Below, piece after piece: positions 1 through 10,058 of a DNA stretch of 44,406 bases. This DNA is from a virus, in the IMG/VR virus record IMGVR_UViG_3300009702_000038, positions 1-44,406 of that record; one strand, given 5' to 3'. The notes beneath the pieces were generated by a model, which was given only the letters and a program-made list of their open reading frames with translations, had not been told where the DNA came from and did not search any database. Position numbers and translations under genes: made by a program. Each line of letters starts with the position of its first letter. The first letter of the stretch is position 1.

Positions 1-123
1 CGCCTGCTCCAGGGCCTTCCCGGTGCCCCAGATAGTCGTATCCTCGGTAATCGTGCGGAGTGCTTCGTCGAGCCCCTTAGTTGCGCGGTTGCCAACCTTC
101 CCCTTGAGGGCCAAGTCGAGCCG
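1..123. repeat. Terminal direct repeat (left copy), identical to 44284..44406
   Basis: Base-by-base comparison: cgcctgctccagggcc...ccaagtcgagccg occurs at both window ends. The repeat lies inside a coding frame. Confidence 0.95.
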
Positions 124-1461
124 TGCCTGGAACAAGCGCCCGTACTCTTTGCTGCTGGTAACATCGCGTAGGTGGCCTATCTCGTCGCCAAAGCCCATGT
201 CATCGGCCCACCCCAGGAAGTTGTCCATCGCAGATTCAAGACGCCCTTCTGCGCTCTTGCCCAACCTGCCGATGCCCTTCGGGGCACCAACCTTCATGTT
301 ACGCGAGGTGCGGTACACGGCGTTGCTGGCCTGGCGCGTTGCGGTGCGGACACCCTTCAAGTCTGAGGCCATGCCATTCGCATCAATGCCATCGAGGTAG
401 TTGGCGGCCTGGTCCATGTTCGCGCGAACCGCTTCCAGAATGTCCTCGGCCTTCCCGCCCTTCGCAGCTCGGAGGCCTTCGGGGGTTGCCCTGCCAATGG
501 CTAGCTCCTCTTTCGCCATCACCTTCTGCATCTCGGCAAGCTCATCAATCTTCGTGACGGCCTTACGTCCTCCGAGTATTCTGTTGAGGACGCCCATCCC
601 GGCTGCTGCCCGGTTGTACTTTCCCCCCTTGGCGCCTGCTGCTAGGCCACGTAGCACTAGAGCGTTGCGAGCGGTTCCGGCGAGATGCCCGATACCCCCC
701 GCTGCGTGTGAGCCTACGTTCTTAGCCAACTCCCACGCGGGTCTACGCAGGAGGGCGGCACCGACGAGCGGTGCGGAAATCACTAGGCCAGCGACAATCA
801 TGCTCCCAAGCTCTTCCGCCTGGAAGTCTTTCCGCTGGTCCATGATGTACTTTGTGTAGAGCGTCGTGTCGAACGCGGCCTCATCGGCAACCACATTCGC
901 TATGAGAGCCTTCGCCCCCATGTCCGCTCCCATGCCCAGTTTCGTAAGGACACCAGTAGCGGCGCCACCGGCCATAAAGCCCAGGGCCATATTGCCAAAA
1001 AGCGTCTCAGCGTGGTTCGCTGCGGCAATCTCGTTGTCCGCTTGTATGGCCGCTTCTTTCCCGACCGCCATCTCCTCTAGCTTCTGCGGGAGGCCCGTTA
1101 CGCGCCAAGGGTTGATACCATGAAGGACCGCGAGGGCGTTCTCGTCCGCCGCCGTCTCTTTGCGGGCTCGGGCGTGTTGCTGTTGGCGATATGCTTCCAG
1201 CTTGGGGTCGCTCCCCTTCGTTATCAGCGCATCCTCGCCCAACTGAGCACGGGCCATCACCTGGTCCCCACTCAGCGTTTCACGAACCAGGTCGCCCTCC
1301 GTGTTCTCATACACAGAGTCATGCGTGCCCTCCAGCTTTACGCGAGCCTTCGCGGAGTCAGAGAGATTGGCAATATACTGCCGAAACTCATCGACTGGAA
1401 GAATACGCTCAGAGCCTTTCAGGCCCTTGATGCTGAACCGGACTAGCTTAGTACCCGCCAC
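1..1461 (-). CDS. Large internal-virion/ejection-type protein, N-terminal part. The ORF runs off the left edge and continues in frame at 44283..43156 (about 862 aa in total).
   Basis: Manual translation from GTG 1461 (AAGAGAGG upstream; overlaps the stop of the preceding gene) is open down to base 1. The peptide ...RLDLALKGKVGNRATKG joins the ORF 43156..44397. It has Gly/Ala-rich hydrophobic stretches. All plus-strand ORFs here look antisense. Confidence 0.6.
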   Translation of the reverse strand, partial: MAGTKLVRFSIKGLKGSERILPVDEFRQYIANLSDSAKARVKLEGTHDSVYENTEGDLVRETLSGDQVMARAQLGEDALITKGSDPKLEAYRQQQHARARKETAADENALAVLHGINPWRVTGLPQKLEEMAVGKEAAIQADNEIAAANHAETLFGNMALGFMAGGAATGVLTKLGMGADMGAKALIANVVADEAAFDTTLYTKYIMDQRKDFQAEELGSMIVAGLVISAPLVGAALLRRPAWELAKNVGSHAAGGIGHLAGTARNALVLRGLAAGAKGGKYNRAAAGMGVLNRILGGRKAVTKIDELAEMQKVMAKEELAIGRATPEGLRAAKGGKAEDILEAVRANMDQAANYLDGIDANGMASDLKGVRTATRQASNAVYRTSRNMKVGAPKGIGRLGKSAEGRLESAMDNFLGWADDMGFGDEIGHLRDVTSSKEYGRLFQARLDLALKGKVGNRATKGLDEALRTITEDTTIWGTGKALEQA

Positions 1462-3844
1462 TAGCGCCTCTCTTCTTGGCTGCTGCCTTGTCCTTATCCC
1501 TCTCGTAAGACATCATCCATTTATCTACATCGAGTGCCCCGCGTTGGAATCGCATGTGTTGGTCATAACTCATCACGAAGTTGTGTTTGTTCAACAGAGC
1601 AACAGAGTCACTGAGATGCGCAGCCATCGCTCGTAGGGCCTTTTGGATAGCGCGGCGTGCGTGGCCCTTCGTCACATCTTTATTGAACAGCCTACGGTAG
1701 ATGCTTTCTACCGTTTCTACTGCCGCAAGGCCGTGGTTTTGTAGAGCGGCGAGGACGTACTCTTTACCCACGATGATATCCTGGTCAGTCAGACGCCCAG
1801 AGGGGTCCACCAACTTCATCGCCTGAATGGCAAGTTGCAGAGCACCAGACTTCTTAGTTTGCAAAGCCTCCAAGGCCTTTTGGTCTCCGGGCCATGTTAG
1901 CCCATCTTCTGTCATTTGAAAGCCTGCGAGAGAACCAGCACCCGTTGCAGCTATAGCCTTGGCTTGACTGTAGATATTCTGAACACGCAGGAAGTCTTGG
2001 TTGATGGCTTCTGTCTGTTCGTCTCTCTTGCCTGGGGTGTTACGATAAGTGCTTGCCTTGGCAAGTTTGATATCGCCCCAGTCTGTGACTAGATAGTTTT
2101 GCTCTAGCCACCTATGGGACGTTCCTCCCTTGGTCCCCTCGTGCTCCACAAACAAGTTTTGTTCATATAGCTCTGGGTGTGCTTTTTCATAGGCCGCTCT
2201 TGGCCCGGTGCGAAAATCATACTTCAGCCCCTCTTTGGCATCTACGTAAGAAGGGAACACCGCTATCTCTGGGTCCGTTGGGTCAAGGATAATATCTCGT
2301 CCCTGCAAAAAGGTATTGATGCCCAACCCTTCCAAAGCCCCGGAGGAGATTCCTCGCTCCTTTTGCAGGCGGTATTGATACCCGCCCTCTTGGATTAGCT
2401 TGTCGCCCATGCGTCGTCTAATGCCCTTCTCTACCTCTGCGGCTCGGGCCTTGGTTCTGAGTCTCTCATCGGCGGCTTCTCGCTCGGCCTTGCCCATCAT
2501 GGGGGTGCCTGCGCCCTCAACAGACCGTTGCGCCTGCTCGGGGGTCAGAGGCTCGCCATACAGGTAATCCTGCTCGGAGCCTGTTGGGGTCTGCTCGGGA
2601 GCGGTGGGGGCCTGCTCCGGGGTGGTCGGCGCTGAGGGCGTCACAAGCTGTTCCTCTGGCGAGGATGGACCAGGAGCCGCTGGACGCCGTTTAGCGACCT
2701 TGGCTACCGCCGGAGCGGGAGTGGCCTCTGCGGGCGGCTGAGGGGCTTCTAGGGGCTGCCCGGCTGGTTGCTGCTGTCCGCCGAATATTACAGGCTGACC
2801 GTTCTCATCGTAGCTCTGGATGCTGGTGTCCACGGGCTGTGCCCCACCAACCTGCTGTTCAATGCCCGCCTGGAACATGGCCTGAGCCTCTTGCCACTTG
2901 TGGCTCTTGATAAGGGCCTGGTATGCGCTGTATGTGGGGGCATCGAGGTAGAGGGTGGCGTTCTTGGCTAGGCCTGCGGCGGTGGCATCAAGGCGTTCCG
3001 CTCGGGCACGACTGCCAATCATCTGGTAGGCTTGATACTCGTTCTCGTTGGCGGCACGCTGCATGATGACGCCTACCTGAGCCTCCAGAGAGGACATCGC
3101 GACGGCACGGGCCTTGTCCTCGAACCCGTAGTACTTTTCAAGCATGGCGGCCTCGTGGTTTTGCTGGTTCTGCCCTGCCGTTATGCCTGCAAACTCAAGC
3201 TCGATGTTCGCCTTCTGCGTATTGATGTCCTGGTCAATGGCACTCTTGAGGCGGTTCCACACCATGTTGGGGTTCCCGGCGCCTGCGGCAATCTGGCCTA
3301 CAGCTACGGCGAGGACTGAGCTGACTCGTCCCGACCGCCCCATGCGTTGCAAATAGTTGTCTGGGTTGACTCGGAGCTGGCGGGCGGCGTCGATGTCCTT
3401 ACGAAACTGGGCGTTCTCTTTCTCCCAACGTGCGTAGTGCTGTTGGTTGAGGCGCTTCATCGCGGTGGCGTCGTTAGCGTAAATCTCCTGCGCCATCGCC
3501 TTTGTCTGTGCGAGAGCGCGGCCTGCGTTCAGCCTCGTGAAGCTCTGTGCCTTGTTGAAGTTGATTTCCTTCTGTTTGAGAAGGTCCTGCTCGTTTTGAA
3601 GGTCGGGAGGAAGCTGTGCAGGCTGCTCGCCCTTGATGCTCATCTCCGCTTTGCCCGGGCCTTTCGGCTTCTCGTCGGGGTTCTGCGTTCTGGCAGTCAT
3701 CGGGATGCCTACGGGCGCAGGCCCATGCCTGTCTCCTCGCATAAGAGGCACCTTCTCAACGGTCTCCCCTTGGCTTGCTCCCCCTTCATGCGGTTGGTAG
3801 TTGGGCTCTTCGTAGGCCTTGGTAATCCACTTCGGGATGGTCAT
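1448..3844 (-). CDS. Internal virion/core-type protein (798 aa), assigned by synteny
   Basis: Long ORF, Q/A-rich with a Pro-rich linker. TAATG coupling to the upstream gene. Sits between the nozzle-like gene and the tail fibre, as T7 gp15/gp16 do. Confidence 0.75.
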   Translation of the reverse strand: MTIPKWITKAYEEPNYQPHEGGASQGETVEKVPLMRGDRHGPAPVGIPMTARTQNPDEKPKGPGKAEMSIKGEQPAQLPPDLQNEQDLLKQKEINFNKAQSFTRLNAGRALAQTKAMAQEIYANDATAMKRLNQQHYARWEKENAQFRKDIDAARQLRVNPDNYLQRMGRSGRVSSVLAVAVGQIAAGAGNPNMVWNRLKSAIDQDINTQKANIELEFAGITAGQNQQNHEAAMLEKYYGFEDKARAVAMSSLEAQVGVIMQRAANENEYQAYQMIGSRARAERLDATAAGLAKNATLYLDAPTYSAYQALIKSHKWQEAQAMFQAGIEQQVGGAQPVDTSIQSYDENGQPVIFGGQQQPAGQPLEAPQPPAEATPAPAVAKVAKRRPAAPGPSSPEEQLVTPSAPTTPEQAPTAPEQTPTGSEQDYLYGEPLTPEQAQRSVEGAGTPMMGKAEREAADERLRTKARAAEVEKGIRRRMGDKLIQEGGYQYRLQKERGISSGALEGLGINTFLQGRDIILDPTDPEIAVFPSYVDAKEGLKYDFRTGPRAAYEKAHPELYEQNLFVEHEGTKGGTSHRWLEQNYLVTDWGDIKLAKASTYRNTPGKRDEQTEAINQDFLRVQNIYSQAKAIAATGAGSLAGFQMTEDGLTWPGDQKALEALQTKKSGALQLAIQAMKLVDPSGRLTDQDIIVGKEYVLAALQNHGLAAVETVESIYRRLFNKDVTKGHARRAIQKALRAMAAHLSDSVALLNKHNFVMSYDQHMRFQRGALDVDKWMMSYERDKDKAAAKKRGASGGY

Positions 3845-4752
3845 TATTGTGCTCCCTGGGGCATCTGGAGCTGTTGCATGCCTAGGATGCTAGCTGAGAT
3901 GGCCGGTTGGTTTTGCAAGCGCCGAAGGCGTGCGTAGACTCGGTGAACGTTCACCCCCGTTCGGTATGCTTCGTCGAGCGCGAGGTTTTCGAGGCGGTGC
4001 TGTAGCTCCAGCTCGGGGGCGATGCTGTAAAGCACTTCCTTCTTTTGCAGCCCCAACTCCGCAAGCGCGGGGTCCATGCTAATATCTTCGAGGGAGGGGG
4101 CCTCGCCCATTCCATATCTCGGGTCGGTAGTGTCCTGGCCGTACTCGTCTAGCTGGTCTAGCGTGGGGCCTTGCCCGCTTTCGGGGTATGCCTGGAGCTG
4201 TTGTGGCTCGCCGTTGGGGCCTGCTAGGGCTTGGTGGCCCGGCTGTGTGGCTACGCTGGACTCAGACGGTGCCTCGGAGTAGGAGGGGAGGAGCTGTGCG
4301 GCTGTCTCTTCTAGCTTTTTCCGCTCGGCGTCGGCGTTCTCTGCATCGGCTGCTGCACGGGATTGCGTGACACCTAGTGCCACCTGCCCCGTCGCTGCGC
4401 CTAGGTCTTTTCCGAACTGAGCGAGTCGTGCATTGCGGGCGTTCTTTTGCTGGTCATAGCGTGCCTGGTCTGCCGCCTCGCCCTGCGCCGCTGCTGCTGC
4501 TCCCTGTCGGGAGATGTTCGCCGCTTGCCGGAGCCCAGTCCTGAGCGCGAGGCCTCTGCTAGCGCCGAACCCGGTCTGTGCGCCCCCTACCGCTGCTGCG
4601 CCTGCGCGCATGGAGGTATCTCTAGCGGCGGACTCTGCGCGGCTGCGTTTCTTGGGCTTCTTTAGCCCGGGAATCTGAGCGGCGAGGGAAGCGCCTAGCC
4701 CTAGGAGGGGGGCGAGGTTCTCGAACGCCTTAGCGGTTTTGTTATCTGCCAT
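3844..4752 (-). CDS. Virion-associated protein (302 aa), Ala/Gly-rich
   Basis: ORF 3844..4803. The likely start is ATG 4752 (MADNKTAK), overlapping the stop of the upstream gene by 11 nt. Confidence 0.7.
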   Translation of the reverse strand: MADNKTAKAFENLAPLLGLGASLAAQIPGLKKPKKRSRAESAARDTSMRAGAAAVGGAQTGFGASRGLALRTGLRQAANISRQGAAAAAQGEAADQARYDQQKNARNARLAQFGKDLGAATGQVALGVTQSRAAADAENADAERKKLEETAAQLLPSYSEAPSESSVATQPGHQALAGPNGEPQQLQAYPESGQGPTLDQLDEYGQDTTDPRYGMGEAPSLEDISMDPALAELGLQKKEVLYSIAPELELQHRLENLALDEAYRTGVNVHRVYARLRRLQNQPAISASILGMQQLQMPQGAQ

Positions 4753-5323
4753 TGTACGTAGTCGTGGGGTTGAAGGAGTAGGTTGGCCCCGTGGGGTCTG
4801 CAACGGTTGGTTGTGGGCCTATCGCGGCGCCTGTGCGGAGCATCCCGCCTGCTAGCTGCATACCTGCGGCTGCTGCGTTCGAGCGCATCGCTGCCGTCTT
4901 GGCCTCGTTCATGCGCCGTTGCCTGGCGTGGCGCCGCTGGCGCTTGGCGCGTGGTCCCTTGATGCTCAAGAGGCCGGAAATAAGTTTGAGGACGCCGCCC
5001 GCTGCTGCACCCATAGGGCCTGCCATCCCCGCTACGCCCGCTGCCAGGTTTAGCCCTGCTTGGGCTTTCATTTTACGCCCCTCTGCACGGAGGCCCTGTT
5101 GTTGGAGCTGCTTGCCTTGCTGGATTGTCTGGACGCCTTGTAAAATGTCACCGGCTAGCTGTGTTCCTGCGCCCGCGAGGCCCATGCCCCCGCCCATCTG
5201 GTCCGCGTAGTTGCCACCGGCTTTGCGCTGTTGGAAGCCTTCTGCGATACCGGCGATAGTGCCCATGTTGCTGCCATACTGGCCGCCCAGCGGAAGGAAA
5301 GAACTGGGGTCGAAACTGCTCAC
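4742..5323 (-). CDS. Gly/Ala/Gln-rich small internal-virion-type protein (193 aa)
   Basis: ORF with a GTG start overlapping the TGA of the 1201-aa gene. Low-complexity G/A/Q composition typical of podovirus internal proteins. Confidence 0.7.
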   Translation of the reverse strand: MSSFDPSSFLPLGGQYGSNMGTIAGIAEGFQQRKAGGNYADQMGGGMGLAGAGTQLAGDILQGVQTIQQGKQLQQQGLRAEGRKMKAQAGLNLAAGVAGMAGPMGAAAGGVLKLISGLLSIKGPRAKRQRRHARQRRMNEAKTAAMRSNAAAAGMQLAGGMLRTGAAIGPQPTVADPTGPTYSFNPTTTYNGR

Positions 5324-8300
5324 TTGGAAGTCCTTTGCGGTTGGCTCTTGGAGGCAACGCCTGTCTTGGGGGAATAGAGAAGGTCAACGCCTGCGATGGA
5401 GAAGCCTCGGCCTAGCACATAGTTGGTTGGTTCGTTGATATTGATGGGGGTGCTTGCTATGTCAGTAATCTCGAACTGCACGGCTTGGCACTTGGGGCGG
5501 CCTGGGGTGACGCTGAACTGACATCGGCCATACCAGATTTCTGTTGGGAGTACGCCTGCTCCGATGTTCTTATCCTCTACCCTCTTGCCAGAAAGGTCTC
5601 CTGCATTCGCTCTGAACAAATACTCATCATACTCTACGTTGTCGTCGTTGTCGGCGCTACGGCCTTCGTAGTCATAGCGGACTCGAACACGAATATCGCC
5701 AGCCTCAAAACCATTTCCGTTGTCCCTCCAATCGGAGAGGTACTTCGCGAGGAATATGGCTTCGTCAAGGCGCCCGTAGCTCTGTAGTTGGTTGAGCCTA
5801 ATCCAAGGCGAGCGGATAGTGAGCTGGTGCCCCTCTTCTCCCCAGGCATTAGGTGCCGCCTTGTATGCTTGCCAGGCGTCATCTATGAAGGTAGGCTGTC
5901 CTAGGTAGAGCGCAGAGTGCTGTGCGTCTTGCCCACTGAACACGCACCACTTTTTATAGTAGTAGTTGTACACCACAACCGCCCCTGTGCTTGGCATAAT
6001 GTTTTGGTAACGTGGGCGAGCAGGACGGGCAGGGACGCCGTTTTGGGGGGCGGTGGGTGTGGGCCCAAACTCAAGTTGCCCAAGAGCATCGACATACCAG
6101 CGAATCTCATGTTCATCAGGAACGACGAGCGCCGTCTTGATACGAAGAATGGAGTTGGCGGTGTCCTCGATGGGCTTACCGATATTGTAAACCTGTAGGT
6201 CGCGGGAAAGAAGATGAAACTCTTTTGACCTGTCTGAGTAGAACATGAGGCCTTCGGGAATCTCTACGAGCGAGTTTGTGTCGCTACACCCTACGGTCGT
6301 TTGGAGCTGATCTACTACGAAGTCTCCATTGGCCCCCGTGTTGTCGGGTCCAGTGTCGTAGATGGCGAAGATTTCATTGTCGTCGGTGAATACAATCACC
6401 TTATCGTCAATCTTCCCGATAGCTGTGAGGTTCCGGTTACGGCCTAGTGAAAGGACGAGAGGGGCTGAAAACTCCGGGTTGATGTTCTCTTCGAGGAGCT
6501 TGGAATAGTAGACAGTGCCTTTGACCTCAGCGCTGATAGCAAACATGCGGTTCGAGGTAAGCACGAAGTCTCGGAAAGAGGGCCACGGGTCGGAGGGAAG
6601 GACGTTGCCTTCCGTGTATAGGACCTCGCTGTAGCGGAGAGGATATTGGTATGCAGAGTTGACGTTCTGGTGCATGTGAACACTAATGCCCGTAAGAACG
6701 CTGACGTGTGGGTTGAAGGGAAGCACGGCGGCAAGGTGTGGTGCCCCCTCTCCTGCACCCAAGTAAACTTCAGCAAAGTAATCACGTTGAGGGCCGTATG
6801 CACTAAGGGGTAGAGTAAAGCCTACATACAGGTCTGCAAAGGCCTGGTCAGCCTGGATGCCATACACCCAGACCGGACTGCTCGGAGCGCTTCTGTGCAA
6901 GTGGCCTTGGTGGTCTGCAAACCCCGTGACGACCGAAACGGTATACCAGTCTGTCGCGTTCCCATCAATGCCTTGCTCATAGGCCCACACCTTGTAATCA
7001 AGGATTGTGTTGGGGAAGCCTTGAGAAACATAGGTCACTTCTGGCTGGTCGAATACAGACTGTTCTCCGTACGTCACCCCGTCATATTGTGTAGGAACAG
7101 CCGAAGCAAAAAGCGTGGTTTCCCCATACACATGACTTTCCAGATTGGTTGCGGGGGAGAGTTTTGTAATCTTGGCGGCAGCCTCTCCCGCGTAGAGGGT
7201 AACAAGGCGGTCTCCGTTCGCGGGGTTGGTCCACGTCCAGGCAAGGTCTTGCGGCTGAAGCAGATTGCGCGTAACAATACGCACCGCTTCCTCATCAAAG
7301 AGATTGAACGCCCCATTCAGGTGTGAGTTGACTTCGCTGCGGTCGGCGTTGTCTACCTTGTTTTGCCCTGCTCCGAGTGTAGCAATAACATCATAGTCGG
7401 ATGTTTGCTGTGTAGTGGCGACAATGACGGTAGTATGCGGGCGGATAAGCGCAGGGACAGAGAACTTCTCATTCCCTCCATAGTCGGGCGTGTTGTTGCC
7501 GTCTCCTGTTTTGTTAGGGACTGCGTGCGGTGTCCACTGCTCAAGACCAAAGACAAGTTTACGCGTCTCAGACCCAGCAACCGTCATTTTATCGAAGGTC
7601 GCCTCAGAGGCGAGCGTATGCCCACTAAACCTATTCTCAACAGTAAAGAGGCTACTAGACGTGTTGATGCGCCCAGAGATTGTAATGGTAGTGTCTAGAG
7701 AACTGGTGGCCGACATAATCCAAGGCTTGCCTCCTGCTGCTGTAGCTGCAAAGCGCCACCGTGAAGAAGAAGCTGAATCATCATAAACAAGGCTTGCTTT
7801 GCACCAGTGCTCATAGCTGAGGCCAGACCCACCATATGTAATCGGAGTCCCTGATACAATGCTATCGCTGGCGTGGTCCCAAAGGTAAAAGACGAGTTGG
7901 CTAGTTGCTGTACTCGCGTTGTATTGAGAGACTAGGATGCCCGTCTGGTCATTCACAGGGTCATACGCACACGCGAGCGGGACCGACCCCCCAGTAGCCG
8001 TGTTTTCAGCAATAACCCATTGTGGCGTGCTGGTGGTTATTGCAGTAGGCATCTTTGCGATGTAGAGCTGCCCATACCCACCAGTTGATGATTTGAGCCA
8101 CACAAGAGAACCCGCTACCCCCGTACTGGTTGTGGGTTGCCCAAAGTCACAATCGAAGAACGTAAGAGAGGTACTCTTGTACCCTGGGCGTAGGTCGCCT
8201 GCGCCATTAGGAACATCTGTAGGCCGTGTAACGGCAAGGGCCTTTGAGTATGGGTGCTCCCCGTAGTAGGGGCTGAGGGAGCTTCCTAGTGTGCTAGACG

Positions 8301-8925
8301 AGAGCCCCGCACCAGATTTTGCTGCGTACTTCAGATTACCACCAGCAGAATCGAAATAGTATACATACGGTATGCGGAAGGGGCCGGAGTGGCGAATCTT
8401 CGGAAACATCCCACCAGAGTACGTGGTTCGGAAATATAGGTCTCCGCTTGGGCGTCGTACTTCACAGATAAGGTCTTGCGCGTTTTCAATGTTCCGCTCG
8501 AACGCTACGATACTAAACTTTTCTACAGAGGCGTCGGCAGCTTTTCCTGCCGTGCAGATGCCCATCCCTGCTTCTGCGGCAGTCGAGTTTTCAATCTCTG
8601 CGCTGAACGGTATGACGTTACTTTCTTTACTTTGCCACTGTGTGTCTACTAGCGGGTCGAAGGTGTAGAGGGTCCCTTCGTCGTCAATGGTTAGGAGAGA
8701 CTTCCCTTTAGGGGAGGCAAGCATGAGAGGGCTGCGCGTAGTAGGCAACCCTGTTTTCGTCAGCGCGGTGTCGGGAAGGCGCTTCTCAATCTCATCCTTC
8801 TTACGGAACCGTCCGTTCTCGATGTACGCGGCACTCGGGTCGGCTTGTTGAAACTCCGACACGTCATCCTGCATCCCTCCGGCGAGGATGATGGTCTTTG
8901 TCATCTGTCCTTTGCGAGTCGCCAT
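5320..8925 (-). CDS. Tail tubular B / nozzle-like structural protein (1201 aa)
   Basis: Largest ORF. ATG 8925 is in a TAATG overlap. The N-terminus ...ILAGGMQDD... and the position after capsid and adaptor resemble T7 gp12-type proteins (judged from memory, not searched). Confidence 0.6.
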   Translation of the reverse strand: MATRKGQMTKTIILAGGMQDDVSEFQQADPSAAYIENGRFRKKDEIEKRLPDTALTKTGLPTTRSPLMLASPKGKSLLTIDDEGTLYTFDPLVDTQWQSKESNVIPFSAEIENSTAAEAGMGICTAGKAADASVEKFSIVAFERNIENAQDLICEVRRPSGDLYFRTTYSGGMFPKIRHSGPFRIPYVYYFDSAGGNLKYAAKSGAGLSSSTLGSSLSPYYGEHPYSKALAVTRPTDVPNGAGDLRPGYKSTSLTFFDCDFGQPTTSTGVAGSLVWLKSSTGGYGQLYIAKMPTAITTSTPQWVIAENTATGGSVPLACAYDPVNDQTGILVSQYNASTATSQLVFYLWDHASDSIVSGTPITYGGSGLSYEHWCKASLVYDDSASSSRWRFAATAAGGKPWIMSATSSLDTTITISGRINTSSSLFTVENRFSGHTLASEATFDKMTVAGSETRKLVFGLEQWTPHAVPNKTGDGNNTPDYGGNEKFSVPALIRPHTTVIVATTQQTSDYDVIATLGAGQNKVDNADRSEVNSHLNGAFNLFDEEAVRIVTRNLLQPQDLAWTWTNPANGDRLVTLYAGEAAAKITKLSPATNLESHVYGETTLFASAVPTQYDGVTYGEQSVFDQPEVTYVSQGFPNTILDYKVWAYEQGIDGNATDWYTVSVVTGFADHQGHLHRSAPSSPVWVYGIQADQAFADLYVGFTLPLSAYGPQRDYFAEVYLGAGEGAPHLAAVLPFNPHVSVLTGISVHMHQNVNSAYQYPLRYSEVLYTEGNVLPSDPWPSFRDFVLTSNRMFAISAEVKGTVYYSKLLEENINPEFSAPLVLSLGRNRNLTAIGKIDDKVIVFTDDNEIFAIYDTGPDNTGANGDFVVDQLQTTVGCSDTNSLVEIPEGLMFYSDRSKEFHLLSRDLQVYNIGKPIEDTANSILRIKTALVVPDEHEIRWYVDALGQLEFGPTPTAPQNGVPARPARPRYQNIMPSTGAVVVYNYYYKKWCVFSGQDAQHSALYLGQPTFIDDAWQAYKAAPNAWGEEGHQLTIRSPWIRLNQLQSYGRLDEAIFLAKYLSDWRDNGNGFEAGDIRVRVRYDYEGRSADNDDNVEYDEYLFRANAGDLSGKRVEDKNIGAGVLPTEIWYGRCQFSVTPGRPKCQAVQFEITDIASTPININEPTNYVLGRGFSIAGVDLLYSPKTGVASKSQPQRTSK

Positions 8926-9302
8926 TAGAATACCCAAAACTTGAAGTAGCAGGGATTAGTGTCGGTCCACACGGCTATCTTTCCGGTCCCCTCTATGTAC
9001 CGCCAGTTAGCCTTTGTTACGGTTGCCCCCGTTGGGGGTGTCGGGAAAACATCAGTGTCTGAGTATGCGCTTATTTGCATACAAAGAACACCCTTAGCGC
9101 GTGTGTTGGGCAGCGTTACTACCTTCGGCACATTAGAGTCGTGGAATACCTCGAACAGCTCACCACGACTCACGTCGCCCACGACCGGGTTCTGCACTCC
9201 GCCCTGGTGCCCAACCACCTTGTTAGCGGTTCCAGCACGGGTAAGCCCCATGAGGCTACGTGCAACGCCCCCGTTTCGCTTATGGCGGTTACGCCTCCCC
9301 AC
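8925..9302 (-). CDS. Hypothetical virion-module protein (125 aa)
   Basis: ORF with a GTG start directly after the TAA of the upstream gene. Confidence 0.6.
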   Translation of the reverse strand: MGRRNRHKRNGGVARSLMGLTRAGTANKVVGHQGGVQNPVVGDVSRGELFEVFHDSNVPKVVTLPNTRAKGVLCMQISAYSDTDVFPTPPTGATVTKANWRYIEGTGKIAVWTDTNPCYFKFWVF

Positions 9303-10004
9303 TTAGTACCCCCAGTAGAGGTTGTAGGGGTAGCCAGAGCGGGTGTCTCTGCGGATAGTCTTGATTTCAGTCGTGCTCATCGACCGGATATGGTCACGGA
9401 CGCGCCGCTCGACCTTTTCCTTCTCCACGAGGAGCGCTTGGTTGTAGCTTTCCTCTTTGTTGGAGCACTGAATGGCACTGTCATAGACCACCCACTGATA
9501 CCAGAAGTCGGGCCAGTTGAGAGTGTCTGTGTCCAGGGAAAGGACTGGCGCCGTTGGGATATACTGAACGGAAATGTCTGAGGGGTTCGTCGGTTCCGGG
9601 AAGCAGAACAGCTCTGCGCGGCCTTGGTCGAGATTCCAGCGTAGGAAGTGTTGATGGTCCGTGTAGTAGCTATAGTCGTAGTTTGCGCGCTGCGTGAGGC
9701 GGGCGTAGTCCTGCGGGTCGGCCTCGTAGCTGCGGTGATAATCGCCTGAGTAAAGGATGTCTACCGCGACGAGTTGCGAGAAGTCGCCGGGGAGCTGATA
9801 AGAATAGGTGCCTAGCTTGGGTAGAACGCTAGCGTTCTTTGCAAAGAGTTGTCCGTCTGTTCCATCTACGAGGAGCGAGTGCAGCAGTTTGATGCTGTCA
9901 TTGATGTACGAGTCAACCTCACTATCGGAGATATGCTTGCCATCGTTCTCGATGTCGGCCTTTTGCCGGACAGCGGTTCGTAGTTGTGAAAGGGTCTTTG
10001 CCAT
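9303..10004 (-). CDS. Head-tail adaptor / tail tubular A-like protein (233 aa), assigned by position
   Basis: ORF immediately downstream of the major capsid gene and upstream of the nozzle-like gene. Confidence 0.5.
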   Translation of the reverse strand: MAKTLSQLRTAVRQKADIENDGKHISDSEVDSYINDSIKLLHSLLVDGTDGQLFAKNASVLPKLGTYSYQLPGDFSQLVAVDILYSGDYHRSYEADPQDYARLTQRANYDYSYYTDHQHFLRWNLDQGRAELFCFPEPTNPSDISVQYIPTAPVLSLDTDTLNWPDFWYQWVVYDSAIQCSNKEESYNQALLVEKEKVERRVRDHIRSMSTTEIKTIRRDTRSGYPYNLYWGY

Positions 10005-10058
10005 GTTCTCTCAAAGTGAGGGAGTATCCCCTCCCGGAGGAGGGGATTACCCAGTAAG

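Noticed and set aside
23-1636. Plus-strand ORFs at the left end (23..400, 401..859, 866..1123, 1120..1446 and others)
   Set aside because: Their Ala/Ser/Arg/Pro-rich composition is typical of reading a GC-rich gene antisense. The minus strand carries one continuous protein-like frame across the whole interval.
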